A stretch of 64,000 nt of DNA. Source: Tubiluchus corallicola (taxonomy: Eukaryota; Animalia; Priapulida). The first letter of the stretch is position 1, and every line of letters begins with the position of its first letter. The notes under the pieces are model-generated. The model made no database searches. It worked only from the letters and a program-made list of their open reading frames with translations, and had not been told where the DNA came from. The translations under genes were made by a program, and so were the position numbers. The DNA is taken from NCBI GenBank assembly GCA_030141605.1, contig JAQGDQ010000006.1, forward strand, positions 1,731,580 to 1,795,579, given 5' to 3'. Below are positions 39,608 to 54,263 of this stretch, piece by piece.

Positions 39608-40239
39608 TGTAGAAAACTGGCTATTTGTTTTACAGATTTTATTTTCCACTCATTGTAAAAAAGGTGAAACTGCAAGAGAAACAAGAAAAAAGAACATGAA
39701 ACAAAAGTAAATCCATAACAGACATGCAAAAAATAAATAAAGGAACAAGCATTAGCAAATTAACAAGCATACTGAAGCAGAATTTACTAATAAATAAACT
39801 TCCTGACATATCACAAATCAGCATGCACGCCTACACAAAAACACGCATATGCATATGCAGTTGCAAAAAAAAAACAATAATTAGGCATCACCGTAACACT
39901 ATTAGAAACTACCAAGCTGACAAATAAATTACTGCAAAGTTCTGCATAAAAATGAAGAAACATAAGAACTTACAAACGTTTGAGGATCTGTAGAAAAAAC
40001 TTTAAGCCAGTCTTCAGAAATTAACAGAGACATACTGATTCTACAACGGTGGCATACTGACTTCACAACTACTATACCACTAAAAACACAATTTTTTCCT
40101 ATTCTAAGGCTATCTAACCACTCATACAAGAGCGGCCAAGCATGTCAAACAAACTCTACAGGTAATGCAAAATGAATAATGACACTCTAGAATCAAAACA
40201 CCTGGCTTCACTGTACCCAAGCTGGCCTGAGAGATAACA
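39608..40239 (-). mobile_element. Probable solo LTR (632 bp) downstream of the PBLD copy 1 stop codon
   Basis: TGT...ACA termini and 5-bp TSD AGTAC (39603-39607, 40240-40244). Empty site AAAAGTAC|CATTAGC in copy 2 (about 54479). Strand inferred from a minus-strand AATAAA near 39640. Confidence 0.8.
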
Positions 40240-42591
40240 AGTACCATTAGCAAGTGTAAAATTAAGTTTATCAAAACACAGTAGAATGTCGCTACCAGTC
40301 TCTTTTGAAATTACTGCTTTTTTCTGAAAACTTTGACCACTAATTGCGACCAGCATGGTTTGGATTACAACGAAGTCAAAATTTGTTTACTTTCCCCTGG
40401 TAAGCAGTAATGTTTTTTGTCTAAATTATCGTATAATTATCTGTTATCGTACAGTCTGTTTTTTTTGTATGGTATGAAGCATCAAATTATCGTATATTCG
40501 AATAATTATCATATAAAAAGCAACCCTGTTTATCATTTTCATGTCAGGTAAGTGCTAGAAAATAGAACGAAGGTAGAACTGTAGCAGTGCGTAGTTAATA
40601 TAAAAAAGAGTTCCTTTAAGGGAAAATAGAATGGTGTATAATGTTCTCTTATGATCAGTGATTATTTTATCATTGTTGTGTTTTTAATTAGAAATGCTCC
40701 TTTTAAGGGAAAATTAAAATAAGCTTTTAGCATGTAGTGAACTGAGTGGAATTCTGAAATAGTGTTGTTCCCTATAATAATTTTACAATTTTAGTCAAAG
40801 GATTATGTGCAGTTTTAATAGAAATATTATTTTATGTTCTATGCACTAAGTGGGATGGACGTTTTTGTTGTTGTTGATGTATACTATCTTTTCTCTATAT
40901 ACCAGCTAGACTACACCACTATTGTTATGCATTTGGGAAGTTTTACTTATGGACCAAAGTTGACCTTACCTTTTTTGCCCATTTCTGAAGTTAATTATTG
41001 TAGGTTTTATATTTTAGAATTTAAATGTGCCACATTGTTGCTTTATTAGGGTAGAGGATTGAGTGATATTTTATCAATTGTGCCAAATAAATTAACTTGT
41101 TCTCGGTTAAAGCGGCTTAGGACTATAATAATGGCGGTTATATGCGCCATGCAATTTCTATATTTGAATGAAAATACAGCATTATTGTGTAAATTGTGCC
41201 AAATAAGTTAATATGTTTCTGCTTAAAGTGGATTATCAAGTTACTGCTGTGTTATTTGATTACAGTAATTTTTGTGGCTTTATAAATCGACCAAGTCCAC
41301 ATTAAGATGAAATTATATTTTTTGTAAACAGGATGAAACAGGATAGGAAATAAGTTAACAGGTTTCTGCTTAAAGCAGATTACGAAGTTACAGATGCGCT
41401 AAGCTATACTTTTTGATTACAGTTATATTTATAGCTGTATAAATCGTGGATTGAATAATTAAAATGAAATTATTTTTGTTTGTTTAATGAGATTATTCTT
41501 GTTTATTTAAACTTTAACTATGTTTCTGTGTTACAATAAATGAACTCAAAGCAGAAAATGCAGTTCCTTATATGTTTAAATTCCTGGCAAGAATAAGGGG
41601 GCATTTTATAGTACAATTCTAATGTTGTATATGTTAGATATCATGAAGCAATATAAATTTATCAGAATAGCTCATTGCCACACTTAAGATTTCTGGAAGT
41701 CAGTGATCAAAAGTTATATTACTGCATATTTTATTTAATAAAAACTTTAATTTGGAAACAATATGCAGCCAATAATATGTTAGAATCTTGCTTGTTTCTT
41801 TTGTCACATCAAACTCGCATGTACACAATCTCTAAGAACACTTAAATTGTTGCATGAGGTCTGTCTCAACAGTAAGAACAGCTACGTGTGAGAGTTTTCT
41901 ATACAATAGCTTACAATAACTGTACGATAAAATGATTTACTATTACCAGTTGACAGAGTACCAAAATGTGTAGAAATGAAGAAGTGAACTCATAAGATAT
42001 CATACTAAGTGCAGGTGATGCTACTCATTGTATAATAAATAAAAATTGGAAAAAGTCAAAAAGTTGATAAATCTTGTTGCTGTCTCAGTTGATGTGACTT
42101 ATCAAATGCACTTTCACTGTTTCCTTCATGCACTTTACTTAATCACAGCCTCTTTTTGTTGTTAGCTGATGTTATTTTGCGTAATTTGTTGTGATTTTTG
42201 TTATAAAGTTATGCAATTTGTTTTGTTTTTTTACAGAAGAAGTGGTAGTTTGTTAACATTCTACTTTATTTAATCTCATTTTAGGTGTCAGTTTATGTGC
42301 GTAATACATATTTATGGTAAAGTTTTTTCGTGTTAGGCTGCTTTAAAAAAATTTCTTATTGACAAATAAGAGAAATGCTCACCTACTATGCAAGCAATTA
42401 TTTAAGTCTTGCTAAAATTAATAAATGATCATGGCAGCAATTTATCGTTAAAAAAATTAACATTGTTAATACTAAATTACTAGCAAAATGAGCTTAACCA
42501 AGCCTAGCCCTAGGTGTCTGATATGAGAGTCGTCGTAAATACGCTGTCAACGCGTTGCCAAACGATCGGTTTTCCTGTTGAAGATATCCCG

Positions 42592-43320
42592 TTGTGGGAT
42601 GTGTGAAAAAGTGGGATGCATCGTGAGGGATATTTTAAATTTGAGTGATATAAACAAAATTGGTAGGTTTGCAATACAGATAAGGCTGAACCTCTTACAG
42701 TCAGTTATGATACTAGTGATTTATAATACAGAAACATGGAGTGAAGTAACAAAAGTAGAAATGGGTAGGATGGAAGAAATTCAGAAGGATATGTTACAAA
42801 AACTAGTAATTTATCACAGAAGGTGTCAACTAGTTATAGGGGTATGCTAATAGAACAGTGTACATAAGTATATACTGTAGGTATACACTTTGGGCATATT
42901 AAGACTCTTAAAAAGTTAACCTGGAAGAAACATGTAAAAGAAAACGTAAAAAAATTATTAAAATTACTGCACATCACCAGATATACTCAAGAACTAAGTT
43001 AAGGTTTTTATCTTATGAGCTGAGCACGATAAACCCAAGCAGTATATAACTGAGTTAACACTAGAACAGACAAAAAGGGTTTTAGAGATAAAGCTTAATA
43101 TGCTACCACTAAAATGTAATTATAGAAGTAAGTTTAAAGGAGATATATGGTGTCCGCTATATGGTAAAGACAGGATCTATTTAGATTGTTATAAGAAATG
43201 TGCTACCAACTACAGAAGTAAATTTCCAAAGTCTGATTGAGTCAGAAGATGCACAAATAGCAAAGCAGTAGGTGGAATTTGTTCAAATAGCAATGGAAAC
43301 AAGAAAAAGAAGAGGTGTCG
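42592..43320 (+). pseudogene. Decayed LINE 3' fragment (also about 56980-57705)
   Basis: LLQSVMIPVIYNTETWSEVTKVEMGRMEEIQK and KLNMLPLKCNYRSKFKGDIWCPLC remnants, with stops and frameshifts. Confidence 0.7.
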
Positions 43321-43649
43321 TGCTGGAAATTTAGCTACAATAATAATAGTCATAAATGGTTGATTAGCATCAATGCTGATTACGTTACTTGTGTCTTGCG
43401 CGGTAACATTCCTTTGTGCCTATCTAACCAGATAGAGTTAACACCGAGGAAACAACGAAACAACATGTGCTTACTGGAGAACCGCAACTGCCGCGACATG
43501 ACATAGAGGAAGTTGAGGAACTGCAAGATGTAAAATGTACAACAGTCGTCGTATAGAAAAATATAATCTTAAAGTGAACAATACAAAGACCAAAGAATAC
43601 GTTATACCCACTGCTAATTTAAACATCAACAATTCTTCCTAAATATCTT

Positions 43650-44650
43650 TTAATGACACAGATAAAGTCAAGGAATACATTATTTAAAAATGTGTATAGT
43701 TACCAGTCTCATGAAGAAGTGAAACAGCTTTGTACAAAAATGGGCAAATTTTCCAGGATTTCAAACATGTGGTGTAGATGAAATTGATAAAATGCATCTG
43801 AATTGCATATTAAAAGAATTTTGTAATAAACTTAAATCAATGTACAGAAAACTATTTTTTACAAAGCTACATAATGATCCTAGACACAGTGATGGCAAAA
43901 ACAAACTAAGATTTTATAGATATGTAAAAATCAATAATGAATTAGAAGATTATTTCAAAATTATTTCTAATGAGAAACAGCGACAAATGATTACGAAATT
44001 ACATAACAGCGAATATGACCTGGAAATAGAACGATTTAGATATCAAAATAAAAAAGGGCATGAAAGGCTTTGTCAATACTGTCACAACAATAGCTCAAAA
44101 TTAGTAGAAAACAAATTATATTACCTTTTTACTTGTCTTTTGTATAAAGATATTAGACAAAAATATGAGCATAAATATATCTTTGCAAAAAGGTAACATA
44201 TACTCAGTAATGTGGTTTTTTTCTAATTGCAAACCCAGAAGACCTTATTCACTTTGGAAACTGCTTAAATGAATGTGATAAAAAAGGCAGTTATATCTTG
44301 GTGGTAATCTGTGAGTGCTGGATAAACCTTGTGCTGTGATTGTGTAATTTAATCTCGTTTGTGATTATATTAATTATTTAGGTTTTGTGTTTTTACTACT
44401 ACTTTGTAGTTGTAGCATAAAGTTTTATTTCGTAAGAGCACATAATTTCTTATTAGATTTAAGTAAGTTGTACAAACTCGTGGTTTTGCAATGTTGCATA
44501 ATTGCATCTGTATTTGTTGTTTTTCGTGTTTCTTGTACTTTGACTTTTTTGCAATTGTAATTTTTTGCCATGATACGCTATTGTATTTGTGCAATAGAAC
44601 AAAATTGAAATTGAAGATGCGGTAATGATTCGTGGAAAAGATGTAAATAA
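43650..44650 (+). pseudogene. Decayed LINE 3' end (RTEX/CR1-like C-terminal region; also about 58040-59040)
   Basis: NKLRFYRYVK...QMITKL.NSEYDLEIE...ERLCQYC...YYLFTCLLYKDIR resembles a non-LTR ORF2 C-terminal Cys region. It interrupts the older RTE-like fragment. Confidence 0.72.
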
Positions 44651-45214
44651 CTTGGTAACTTGTAAGACACCGATGCCCACATACAAAGAAGGAAAATTCT
44701 TAAATTGTCTGCTTATTCACATATCTCAATGATTTTTGATAACAATAGACTTTCTCTTGAAACCAGAGTCCGGATTCTTTCAACTTTAGTTGAATCTGTG
44801 TTTTTGTACACTGCTGAGCTATGGACAATAAAAGTTAAGCAACAGAAGGACAGTTGATGCTTTTCGAAGACGTCTCTATAGGAAATTACTCGCAATTAAA
44901 TCGCCTGATAGAATATCCAATGATGATCTGTATAATGCAGTCAAGAAGATTCCTGGTAGTAGACAAATACAAGTAAGAAAATTGCTTTGGATTGGGCACA
45001 CACTAACAGTAAGATTACCTCCTCTTCCTATGGTATTGCATAAAGCTCTTGAAACGACAAAAAACCAAGAGGCTGTCAACTAGGCTGACGTATTTAGGTT
45101 TTTGGTACAGATTTATGATCTAACATGTACATTAGGCAATTTGATACAGACATCATACTATATTCAAAATTTGTAGCTGCATATTTGCCATTAGTTTCTA
45201 CTCAACAGACCAAG

Positions 45215-48200
45215 ATGACAAGTTTAAATAAGGGATGCACTTTGCCTTTATATGTGGTGGATGCTTTCACAAGCCAGGCATTTGCTGGAAATGCTGCTGC
45301 TGTATGTCTAGTGTCACACAATCAGGTAAATTAATGATGATCTGTCATTAACAAACTTTTCGTCTTAATTTGTTTTCAGCTATTTTTATTGCACTGTTCT
45401 TCACTGCAAATAACTTGTGGTCCTGTAGCACAAACTCAGTCAATGTATGTGTCTTAATCGCACTCTTATTTATGTAAAGATATGAGTTTTTAACTACTAA
45501 CTGATAATGTTTTTGTTATTTATTTATGTGATTAACTCAATGAATTAACTGTGTTACAATAAATAAATCATTATATTATAATATTTAAATCGCAGGCTTG
45601 CATAATAAAAATCACTGGTTTATTTTTAGAAATATTGAAACAAATTTAACAAGTTAGTTGAAAACAAAAGTGTCCATTTAGTCACAGCTGAAATCAATTT
45701 GTAATCAATTAAACTTATAACATCAGTCATAATAATGTCAGGATAATGGTGACTGTGCCTTTAAGTTATGTTTGTATTTGGATCTATTATAATAGTAGGT
45801 GTTTTTCATGAAGATTTAGTATAATTTTAAGTGACAATTACAATGAGTATCAATGCAGAAAATGCATTTTGTTGTTGTTGTTGTTGTTGTTTCCGTTTCT
45901 ACGGAGGCTTTGTAGTTTCTTTCTGCAATTCGAATAGATATTCTGAGTATTATTTGAACTGTACAAAACAGGAGATATGTTATATGTTCAAAATCTATTC
46001 CAAACAGTCCGAAGGCTGTGTTGTTTTTATTAGTTGAATTGTGGTGTAATCTGCATTTCTTGGGTTATATTATTAAATGGCTGTAGACATTGTGATGTAT
46101 ATAGTCATTCGGTTATTCTATTTTAGGTAATCGACGATGCAAAAATGCAAAAAATTGCTTTCGAAATGAACTTGTCGGAAACCTGTTTCATTGCACTGCC
46201 AACAGAAAACGATTCGTTCAAGAATTCTTCCCGGTTTGGCCTGCGATGGTTTACCCCTGCCTGTGAAATCCAACTGTGTGGTCATGCCACTCTTGCTGCT
46301 GCCACGGTGCTTTTCTCTTGTGTTGGTAAGTTTGCTAAGCAGGACAGAAATGTAAATCTAGAAGCTGAACCTGAGTCAGTGCTACTACATCAGCTGACAC
46401 TCACAGTAAATCAGCCAGCTGGAGTTCACCATTAAGAATGACAGATTTTGATTCTTATGTCCTGCAGCAACAATTTAGCGTTAGTTTGAATAGTTTTATT
46501 TGTGAACTGGCTTAAGTGATTCGACAGCACACCCCTTTATATGCCATATATCTCTCTATATCTCTCATATTTTATGTACTCACAATGTTAAAAAAAATCT
46601 CCTGGCTTATAATCTGGCAACTCTAGCAATGGATTTATTGCAAATATAATTTAAATCCAACCCTTGGCAAGGCTTATCTGGATTACCAACAAATCAATAC
46701 TAAAATACCAAAATGATCCAATACGTGTGGCTAATGTTGCCTATTTGTGCATTTTATTTAATTTTGAATTGACTGCTTTCTCATTCAAATATTTCTGAAG
46801 TTTAGTATCTCTGCCAGCACACGTACAATATGACCGCATTGCGACCAGTGATTTCATCATCATCATAAGCCCGTTATGTCAATTGTAGACATTGGGCAGG
46901 CAGAACTCTAAAATAAAAGAAATCTGCCCTCAAAACAGGTAAACACAGCAGTAATCTAGCAAAAAAACTGGACACTGCTATGCCAGTGACTTGTTCGCAA
47001 GAGCAAAAATCTTCACAGCTGGCAAAAATGTCAGCTACCTCGACTTCCGTCACCGAGCGGCTGGCACGACTAAAGCTGGGTTTCTTATCTGCTAGGTCGC
47101 CTGTAGAAATAAACCGACTGGAGCTGAGCTGAAGCGGTATGGCTCTGGCTTCTATGTCGATCCCTTAAGTATTTTTCACGTTGTCTTGAAAATCAGGGAG
47201 TTTTTATTTGCCAACCTAATACCAAACGAATTCACTGTGAATTTATTTGTGTGCTAATGCGTTTACTTCAAATAAGCTTCCATGCAGTTTTGCTTTTTTT
47301 CTTCTATTGTTTTTTTAGATTGTGTGCCTTTTTTGCATTTTAGGACTTAAAGCATTCCGCTGTTTTCAGTTCTCATCATATTTGGCATTTTCTTAGGAGA
47401 CTGTCAGCTTTCCCTTCTTTTCATCTGCACTTTAAAAAATTGGAAAAGGAAAATAGTGCCTGTTAACCATATTCTAAACCATATTCTATTCCAATAATGA
47501 AATTACAATTAGGCATTGCAATATTTGATTGTATTGCTAATCCACTAATGCTACGATTAGGCTCTAAATATTTGTGAAATTGATAATCATTATGATAGGG
47601 GGGTCTGAAATTAAAAGGCAGCTAGTGAATATATCTACAGCTATGTAAATTATTACAGGTAACGAATTTACAGAGATTACATTTGATACGCTAAGTGGAC
47701 CACTTGTTGCCAGAAAAAAAGAGGACAATTTTATTCTGCTAGATTTTCCTGCTAATCCAACTATTAGTGTTAACAAGGAAAATGTTAAAGATCTTTTAAA
47801 GGTACCTACTGTTTTGAATGACCTGTAAAACAAGTTTGCCTGGGTTTTTGTTGTAAGTAATTTTATCATTGAAGCTTTTAGCAGGTAGGTGGTTGACAGT
47901 TTGGAAGACATTCTGACGCCTTGGTATATTTATGTATTTTAGGAAATTTCCGGCGTTACTTGTTTTAACTGTGTGTGCTGGCCATGTTTTTCAAATGTAT
48001 CATATGGGCTGTTTTTTTTTGGCCAATAGCTAAATTGCATCTTTGCACAGACTTTTTTGAAGGCATATTACTTAGTATTATCTTACTTGTATTACTTAGT
48101 ATTACGCTTTCTTGCCTGCAATACTCATGTAAATAGAAAAGACACATTTTCTAGCTTTATGTAAGTAAAGGGCTTTCTTGCCTTTTATGACAATTTTTTG

Positions 48201-51200
48201 GTGTTTTAATTAATCCTATTCAGTTTTCGAATTTGCCTGAAGAGGGGAGACAGCATGAGAGGAACATGGAAACTATTCAAAGGTGGGATGGGGGTGGGGG
48301 GGTGGGGGGTTACAGTAATGGTGGCAGTGAAGCACTTGCTGTTACTTTAATGTTTCTTTTTACTGGCTGTTACACACACGTGCATGCACGCACGCGCACA
48401 CACACACCCACACACACGCACTGTTACATAATATAGTAAAATATATCATATCACTCTTTTCGGTGATTCTAGATTGCATAGCACTCCTACAATAGGACTA
48501 GTTGAAGTTTAGCAAACAACTATCACAATTACTAACCTGACATTCTGTGCATTAAATTTAGAAATCCACAGATTAAAGATACGAGACAATGCCGCTATGA
48601 TAAAACTAAGGGTGCATTCAGACTAGCGAGTTTTCTGTTGGGAGTTTTTCTCTAACACCAAACTTGCAAGTGTGAACTGCTTTGCGAGTTACTATCGACA
48701 AGTCATTGCACACTTTCAGACAGTTGCTACGAAATGATTTCCTGTTTAGTGTGAACAGTCTCAGCGAGTTACTCTTGACACGGCTCCCAGTGAATAGAGG
48801 AGGAGTATCAGCTGGTGCTTACTTCATGTTGGAGAATTTTGTTCTTTAGTCTGAACGTGCTTGCGAGTTACTTGGCGAGAAAATTTGTTAGTATGAATGC
48901 TTCATTACTCTCAAAAGCAGTGCGACAAAATATCAACATTCTTGCAACAGTCAAGTCATCTAAATTCTTCTTTGTAAAAAGTATTTTGGTCCGAACTTTA
49001 ATACACTGTAGAATCTTATGTGAATGTTTTTTATAATACAGGTACTTGTTGGAGATTTACCTATTGTTGATGTGGAGTATGCTCCTGTTATACAACAAAT
49101 GATTGTGTGTCTTCAAGATTCTGTGTCCAGGTGTGCATGTTGATAATTTTTTATTTGGTTTGTCGTGTGTCATTCGTTTTGCACTTTTCATTAGCTTTCA
49201 TGTTATTATACATACTATAAAATTGCTGCAAATTGTACAAATCTGCAATTAATCTCTATTTCTATGAAGTGTGTTTGTGTATGTTTGTTTATTTGTTTGC
49301 TATAAAGTCCTGTTTTACTTATTTAACTTCAAATTTGGTCTATTAAGTTGCTAATACATCACACTCCCCATTGAATTATGGGATATGTACAGTTATGTGT
49401 AGAAATCAATTAACAAAAGCTGAAGACAGTCTACTTTTTAACTTTTGGCAGGAGCTCTACTTACATGAAAAAGAATTTAAAATACACTATGTTTCAGTCC
49501 ATTGTTGGGTTCAAATTCTGATTGGATGAAAATTTTTCATTGTCTCATTCTTCATTCATTAGTCATTGATGTTATTATTGTTGTAAGTATAAGGCTTCAT
49601 GTGTGTGTGTGTTTTACCTTCAGGTAAAAGGAAAAAGTTATGTGAGTAGCAAGTACATGTTTGCTGCATGTCTGGTGCTCTTAGCATTGTGCTAAAATGT
49701 GTTATTTTTAGTCTACTTCTTTTGTAATCTTTGCTGTGCTGCTTGTGGTTGTATTGTACAGTGTCCAGAAAGGTAATCCCCCACTTTGCCAGTTATCTTT
49801 TTGCCAGTCTACTTTTTCACCAGTCTACTTTTTTGCTAGTCTACTTTTTTGCCAGTCTACTTTTTCGCTAGTCTATTTTTTGCCAGTTTTCTTTTTCGCC
49901 ATTCCACTTTTTCACCTCTCCACTTTTTCGCCAGTCTTCTTTTTTGCTAGTCTATTTTTTGCCAGTTTTATTTTTCGCCATTCCACTTTTTCGCCAGTCT
50001 TCTTTTTTGCCAGTTTTCTTTTTCGCCAGTCTTCTTTTTCGCCAGTCTTCTTTTTCGCCAGTCTATTTTTTGCCAGTCTACTTTTTCGCCAGTCTACTTT
50101 TTCGCCAGTTTTCTTTTTCGCCGGTCCACTTTTTTGCCAGTCTTCTTTTTTGCCAGTTTTCTTTTTCGCCAGTCTTCTTTTTCGCCAGTCTTCTTTTTCG
50201 CCAGTCTATTTTTTGCCAGTCTACTTTTTCGCCAGTCTACTTTTTCGCCAGTTTTCTTTTTCGCCGGTCCACTTTTTTGCCGGTCCACTTTTTCCCCGGT
50301 CCACTTTTTCCCCGGTCCACTTTTTCGCCAGTCTTCTTTTTGCCGGTTTTCTTTTTCGCCGATTTTCTTTTTCGCCAGTCTTCTTTTTCGCCAGTCTACT
50401 TTTTCGCCATTCTACTTTTTTGCCAGTTTTCTTTTTTGCCAGTCTTCTTTTTTGCCGGTCCACTTTTTTGCCAGTCCACTTCGTTAGGTTAATAATGATT
50501 AACAATGAAGACTTGACGCTTTAAATGCTTTGTGAACGGAAGATATAAATCCTACAGAGCGTGCCATATATCACTGGATTTGCACTGAAATGATGAATCT
50601 GATGCACTGTGCCAAAATCGCGAGTCCAATCGAAAATTTAACATTCAGAATCTGCTGTTATTTTCATTCTGAGATGTTTAGTTTCCGAGATATGCACCTT
50701 TTTGGAATAACTTAAAAATATACATAGCTAGTCCACCAAATTTAGTATGCTTGTAGTTAGGGTAGAGGGCCACCTCAGGTTGTGACCCTGTGACCCTCCT
50801 GAGTTATAACCCAAAAATCATCAAAAGAGGTCTATTTTTGAGAAATAGTTACTCCTGCAGGAAGCGCCATCTATTCAAACGAAAAAAAACATGAAAGTAC
50901 TATGCCTTGGCTATCAGTAACTTGCTTAGCTTTGTCGAACACTGAACCATTGCCCTTTTACAATGCCACAAACATGCCATTGTCTGTATAATGCTTAATA
51001 TACTTAACATATACGACAGTTGCAAAGATTAGTATCTTCAATACTAATGAATAAAAGTATCATCACCATGTTCGAATGCATATACATTGTACGTTCTTTG
51101 TCACTCAGGTTAATAGTGAGTGGGGGCAACCGGCAACCAGTTTTTTAAATGACTATCAATTCATTTAGTGAGCAGGTCCCATGTTGCTTAATTTTGCAGC

Positions 51201-54200
51201 TAATGACACACTGTGAGCAACAAGCTAATTCTGTCATTCATGATGAAGCAATAAAGATACATTTATTTTCAGGGAGATGTTGGAGGCAAGAGCACCGGAT
51301 AGTTTTGCTCTTCCTGCAGCTAACACGTCCCAGATGAAACTGCACGGTGTCCACTTGACGGTTAAAGCTCCGGCCGACTCCGGCTACGACTTTTATTCCC
51401 GCTGTTTTTTTCCCTGGGATGGACTGCTTGAAGATCCAGTTTGTGGTAAACAATGTGCATTGTTTATGTAAGAATGAATGGACATACTATTTAAATATAT
51501 GAATTAATTATAATTATCTTTGCTTTAAAGTAAAGCTAAACAAAAGAAATTATGTTTATTATTCAACCGTCAGTTGCTACCACACCAGCTGACTCACACA
51601 GTAAATTAGCTAGCTGAGTAAAAAGTTAAAAAGAGCTTCTGGGGAATGTTCTCGATGTGCTCCATTTTGCAGTGTCTATGTTTGCCAGTAAGTGGCGTAT
51701 CTACTGGTGTTCTTTTGTAACCGGGGCGAAAGACACAGGCAAGGTTTGGAGTGGAAAACAGATAGAGTATCGGCAGTGGGACTGATACAGGAAAGTTGTA
51801 GGGTGTGAAGAGAACCACCTAAACTGCAAGGGTGCCCAAATCAATACCAAAACACTAAAATGATCCCACACGTGTGTCTAACGTTGCATATTTGTGTGTT
51901 TAATTTTGAATTGACTGCTTTCTCATTAAAAAATTTTTCAAAGTTAGTATCTCTGCCAGCACACGCACACAGTATGACCACGAATCCATACTGCATTTGC
52001 CATATTTCACCCAGTGATTTCGTCATCATCACATGCCCGTTATGTCAGTTGTAGACATTGCGTAGGCAGAACTCTAAAATAAAAGAAATCTACCCTCAAG
52101 ACAGGTAAACACAGCAGTAATCCAGCAAAAACTAGACACTGCTATGGCAGTGGCTTGTTCGCAAGAGCTAAAATCTTCGCAGCTGGCAAAAATGTCGGCT
52201 GGCTCCACTTCCATCTCTGAGCAGCTGGCGCGACTAAAGCTGCGTTTCTTATCGGCTAGGTCGACTGTAGAAGTGAATTGCCTGGAGTTCAGCTGAAACG
52301 ACATGGCTCTGGCCTCTAGTTTTAAGATGAAGATTAGTTTTAGTTTTGTTCTGTTTTAGTCTTACATTTTCTGTCTTAAGTCTGACTGAAAATCACTATG
52401 TCACTGAAGGAGTTGCCAGTTTTATGGTTTTTCTGTTCTAGTGCAGAAGGACTAATGTGGTAATAGTTCCAGTGAATAAAGTATACATTGTAGGCCTGAT
52501 TTTCAAAAACATGAAATGTTTTTTTCAAAAACATGAAAAGCCTATCTTAATTCATTATGTTTGCATGTTTAAAGTTTGCAATGTTTGATGCCAGTAATCT
52601 TCAACTAATTTCTGACTATGTTAGGGTCGGCTCACACTGTATTTGGTTGTTACTGGCAAAAAGTGCTGGGAAAATCAACTTTTCAAGGTAGGATAATTTG
52701 GTGCTTTATGACGTTTATTGTAATTTAACTTATGATGCTTATTCGTTTATGATCTGATTTTGTGTGTTTTTCAGTATGTCAGTAGATCTCAATTTAAATT
52801 CTGTGCAAGATTATTACCATGCTGACAAAGAGCGATATAGGTTCGATTTACTTAATATTGTGCAGCACACTGTAATTCAATGTGTGTAAAGTCCTCGAAA
52901 GGTTAAAAAATGAAAATTTCCAGCCATTGTAAATAACTGTATCTTAATTGACACAATTTTTCACAAAAAATTACAGAATGCTAGAAAATATAATTGTTAT
53001 TTTGAACAATATATATTTTTAGTGGCCAGTCACAAAGTATAATTACTGCCCTGCAATACCATATCACATAGACTTGTGCAGCATATGTTACCGGAACAGT
53101 ATCTTGCTTAACCCTTTTACCGCCTCCATGATGTACTATTATGTCTATTTTTTGAACTGGCTTATGCCTATTTGACATACATATTTATCATTAATATCTA
53201 GCACTCCATTTAAACTCTGGCGAAGTGTATTATCGCTTAGTCTAGTACGTTTAGACAGCTAGCAGGGCCCAGCACAGCTCCAGGAATATGTGTGAACTGA
53301 GTTTGACCTTATTTCCTTGGCTACATAGCACATCTGCTATGTACATATATGTCTTCGACTGTGAGTTCTGCATCATTTGAAATTTGCTGTTTTTGCACAT
53401 TTGTATTATTATTAATAATAATCTTTTATTCGTATAAAAATTTTTATACAGCAATGTAGTTTTAGTATAAATAATTAATACAATGAAAAATAATTTTTGT
53501 TAGTAATTAAAAAACAAGAGATTTAGAGATTTTAAGACAATTTTCAGCAAAAAGTTTAAAGATTTGATAGTTTTGTAGGTTTTAATGCATATGCACACTC
53601 TCTTACTTATTTTCCAGACGATGGACCTATATATATATGTTCTAAACATTCTTGGTAGATATATAAAAATGATCTGTAAAGGGATTATTATTCTTGTACA
53701 CAATTCTACGTGATTTTAGGGCTTTTGGTTTTTGCATGTATTTTACTTTTGATAAATGTATACCAAAACAAATATGTTATTAATTGTGACTTGCACAAGT
53801 TGATTTTCGGGCTGAATTTAGGTGCTGAAGCTGTTTCACTTGCATGACATTATAATTTTGCTTTGGAGGTTCATTTATTGATCTAAATTCAGTTTCATGT
53901 GCAGTTTCATATCACCATATTGCCTCATTTGCAAATAAATATAAAACATAAACAAGTAAGTAAATATATAGGCCTAATAAATTTCCGTGAATGAATGTAA
54001 TGATTGATTGAATGAATGAATGAATGAATAGGTGGGTGCATCATTGATTTTTATTTCGCTTGTTGAAATCATCTCTTTGTTTCTTATGAACAATACCAAA
54101 GTAAAGTTGCAAAGTTGTTATTTTGTCATGTGCTTTGTGCGTTTTTGTAGCTCGTCAGTGCTCAAAAAGAGGAGGAGATGTCTACGTGAATGTACGAGAA

Positions 54201-54263
54201 GACAAAAGAGTCGAGATTGGAGGCAAGTCTGTAGTCATTATAGAAGGAAAGATCCATTTGTAG
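45215..54263 (+). CDS. PBLD: Phenazine biosynthesis-like (PhzF/PBLD family) protein, copy 2, 296 aa, canonical motifs
   Basis: join(45215..45325,46127..46325,47659..47801,49042..49130,51273..51445,52625..52687,54151..54263). Motifs GNAAAVC, EMNLSETCF, LCGHATLA, EDPVCGSAH; open frame. Confidence 0.93.
49780..50482. repeat. About 15-16-bp minisatellite array (TTTTTCGCCAGTCTAC variants) in intron 4 of PBLD copy 2
   Basis: Directly visible; probably part of a non-autonomous element. It explains the five overlapping ORFs at 49736-50524. Confidence 0.95.

Noticed and set aside
49736-50524. Overlapping Phe-rich and Lys-rich ORFs
   Set aside because: Artefacts of the 15-16-bp minisatellite.
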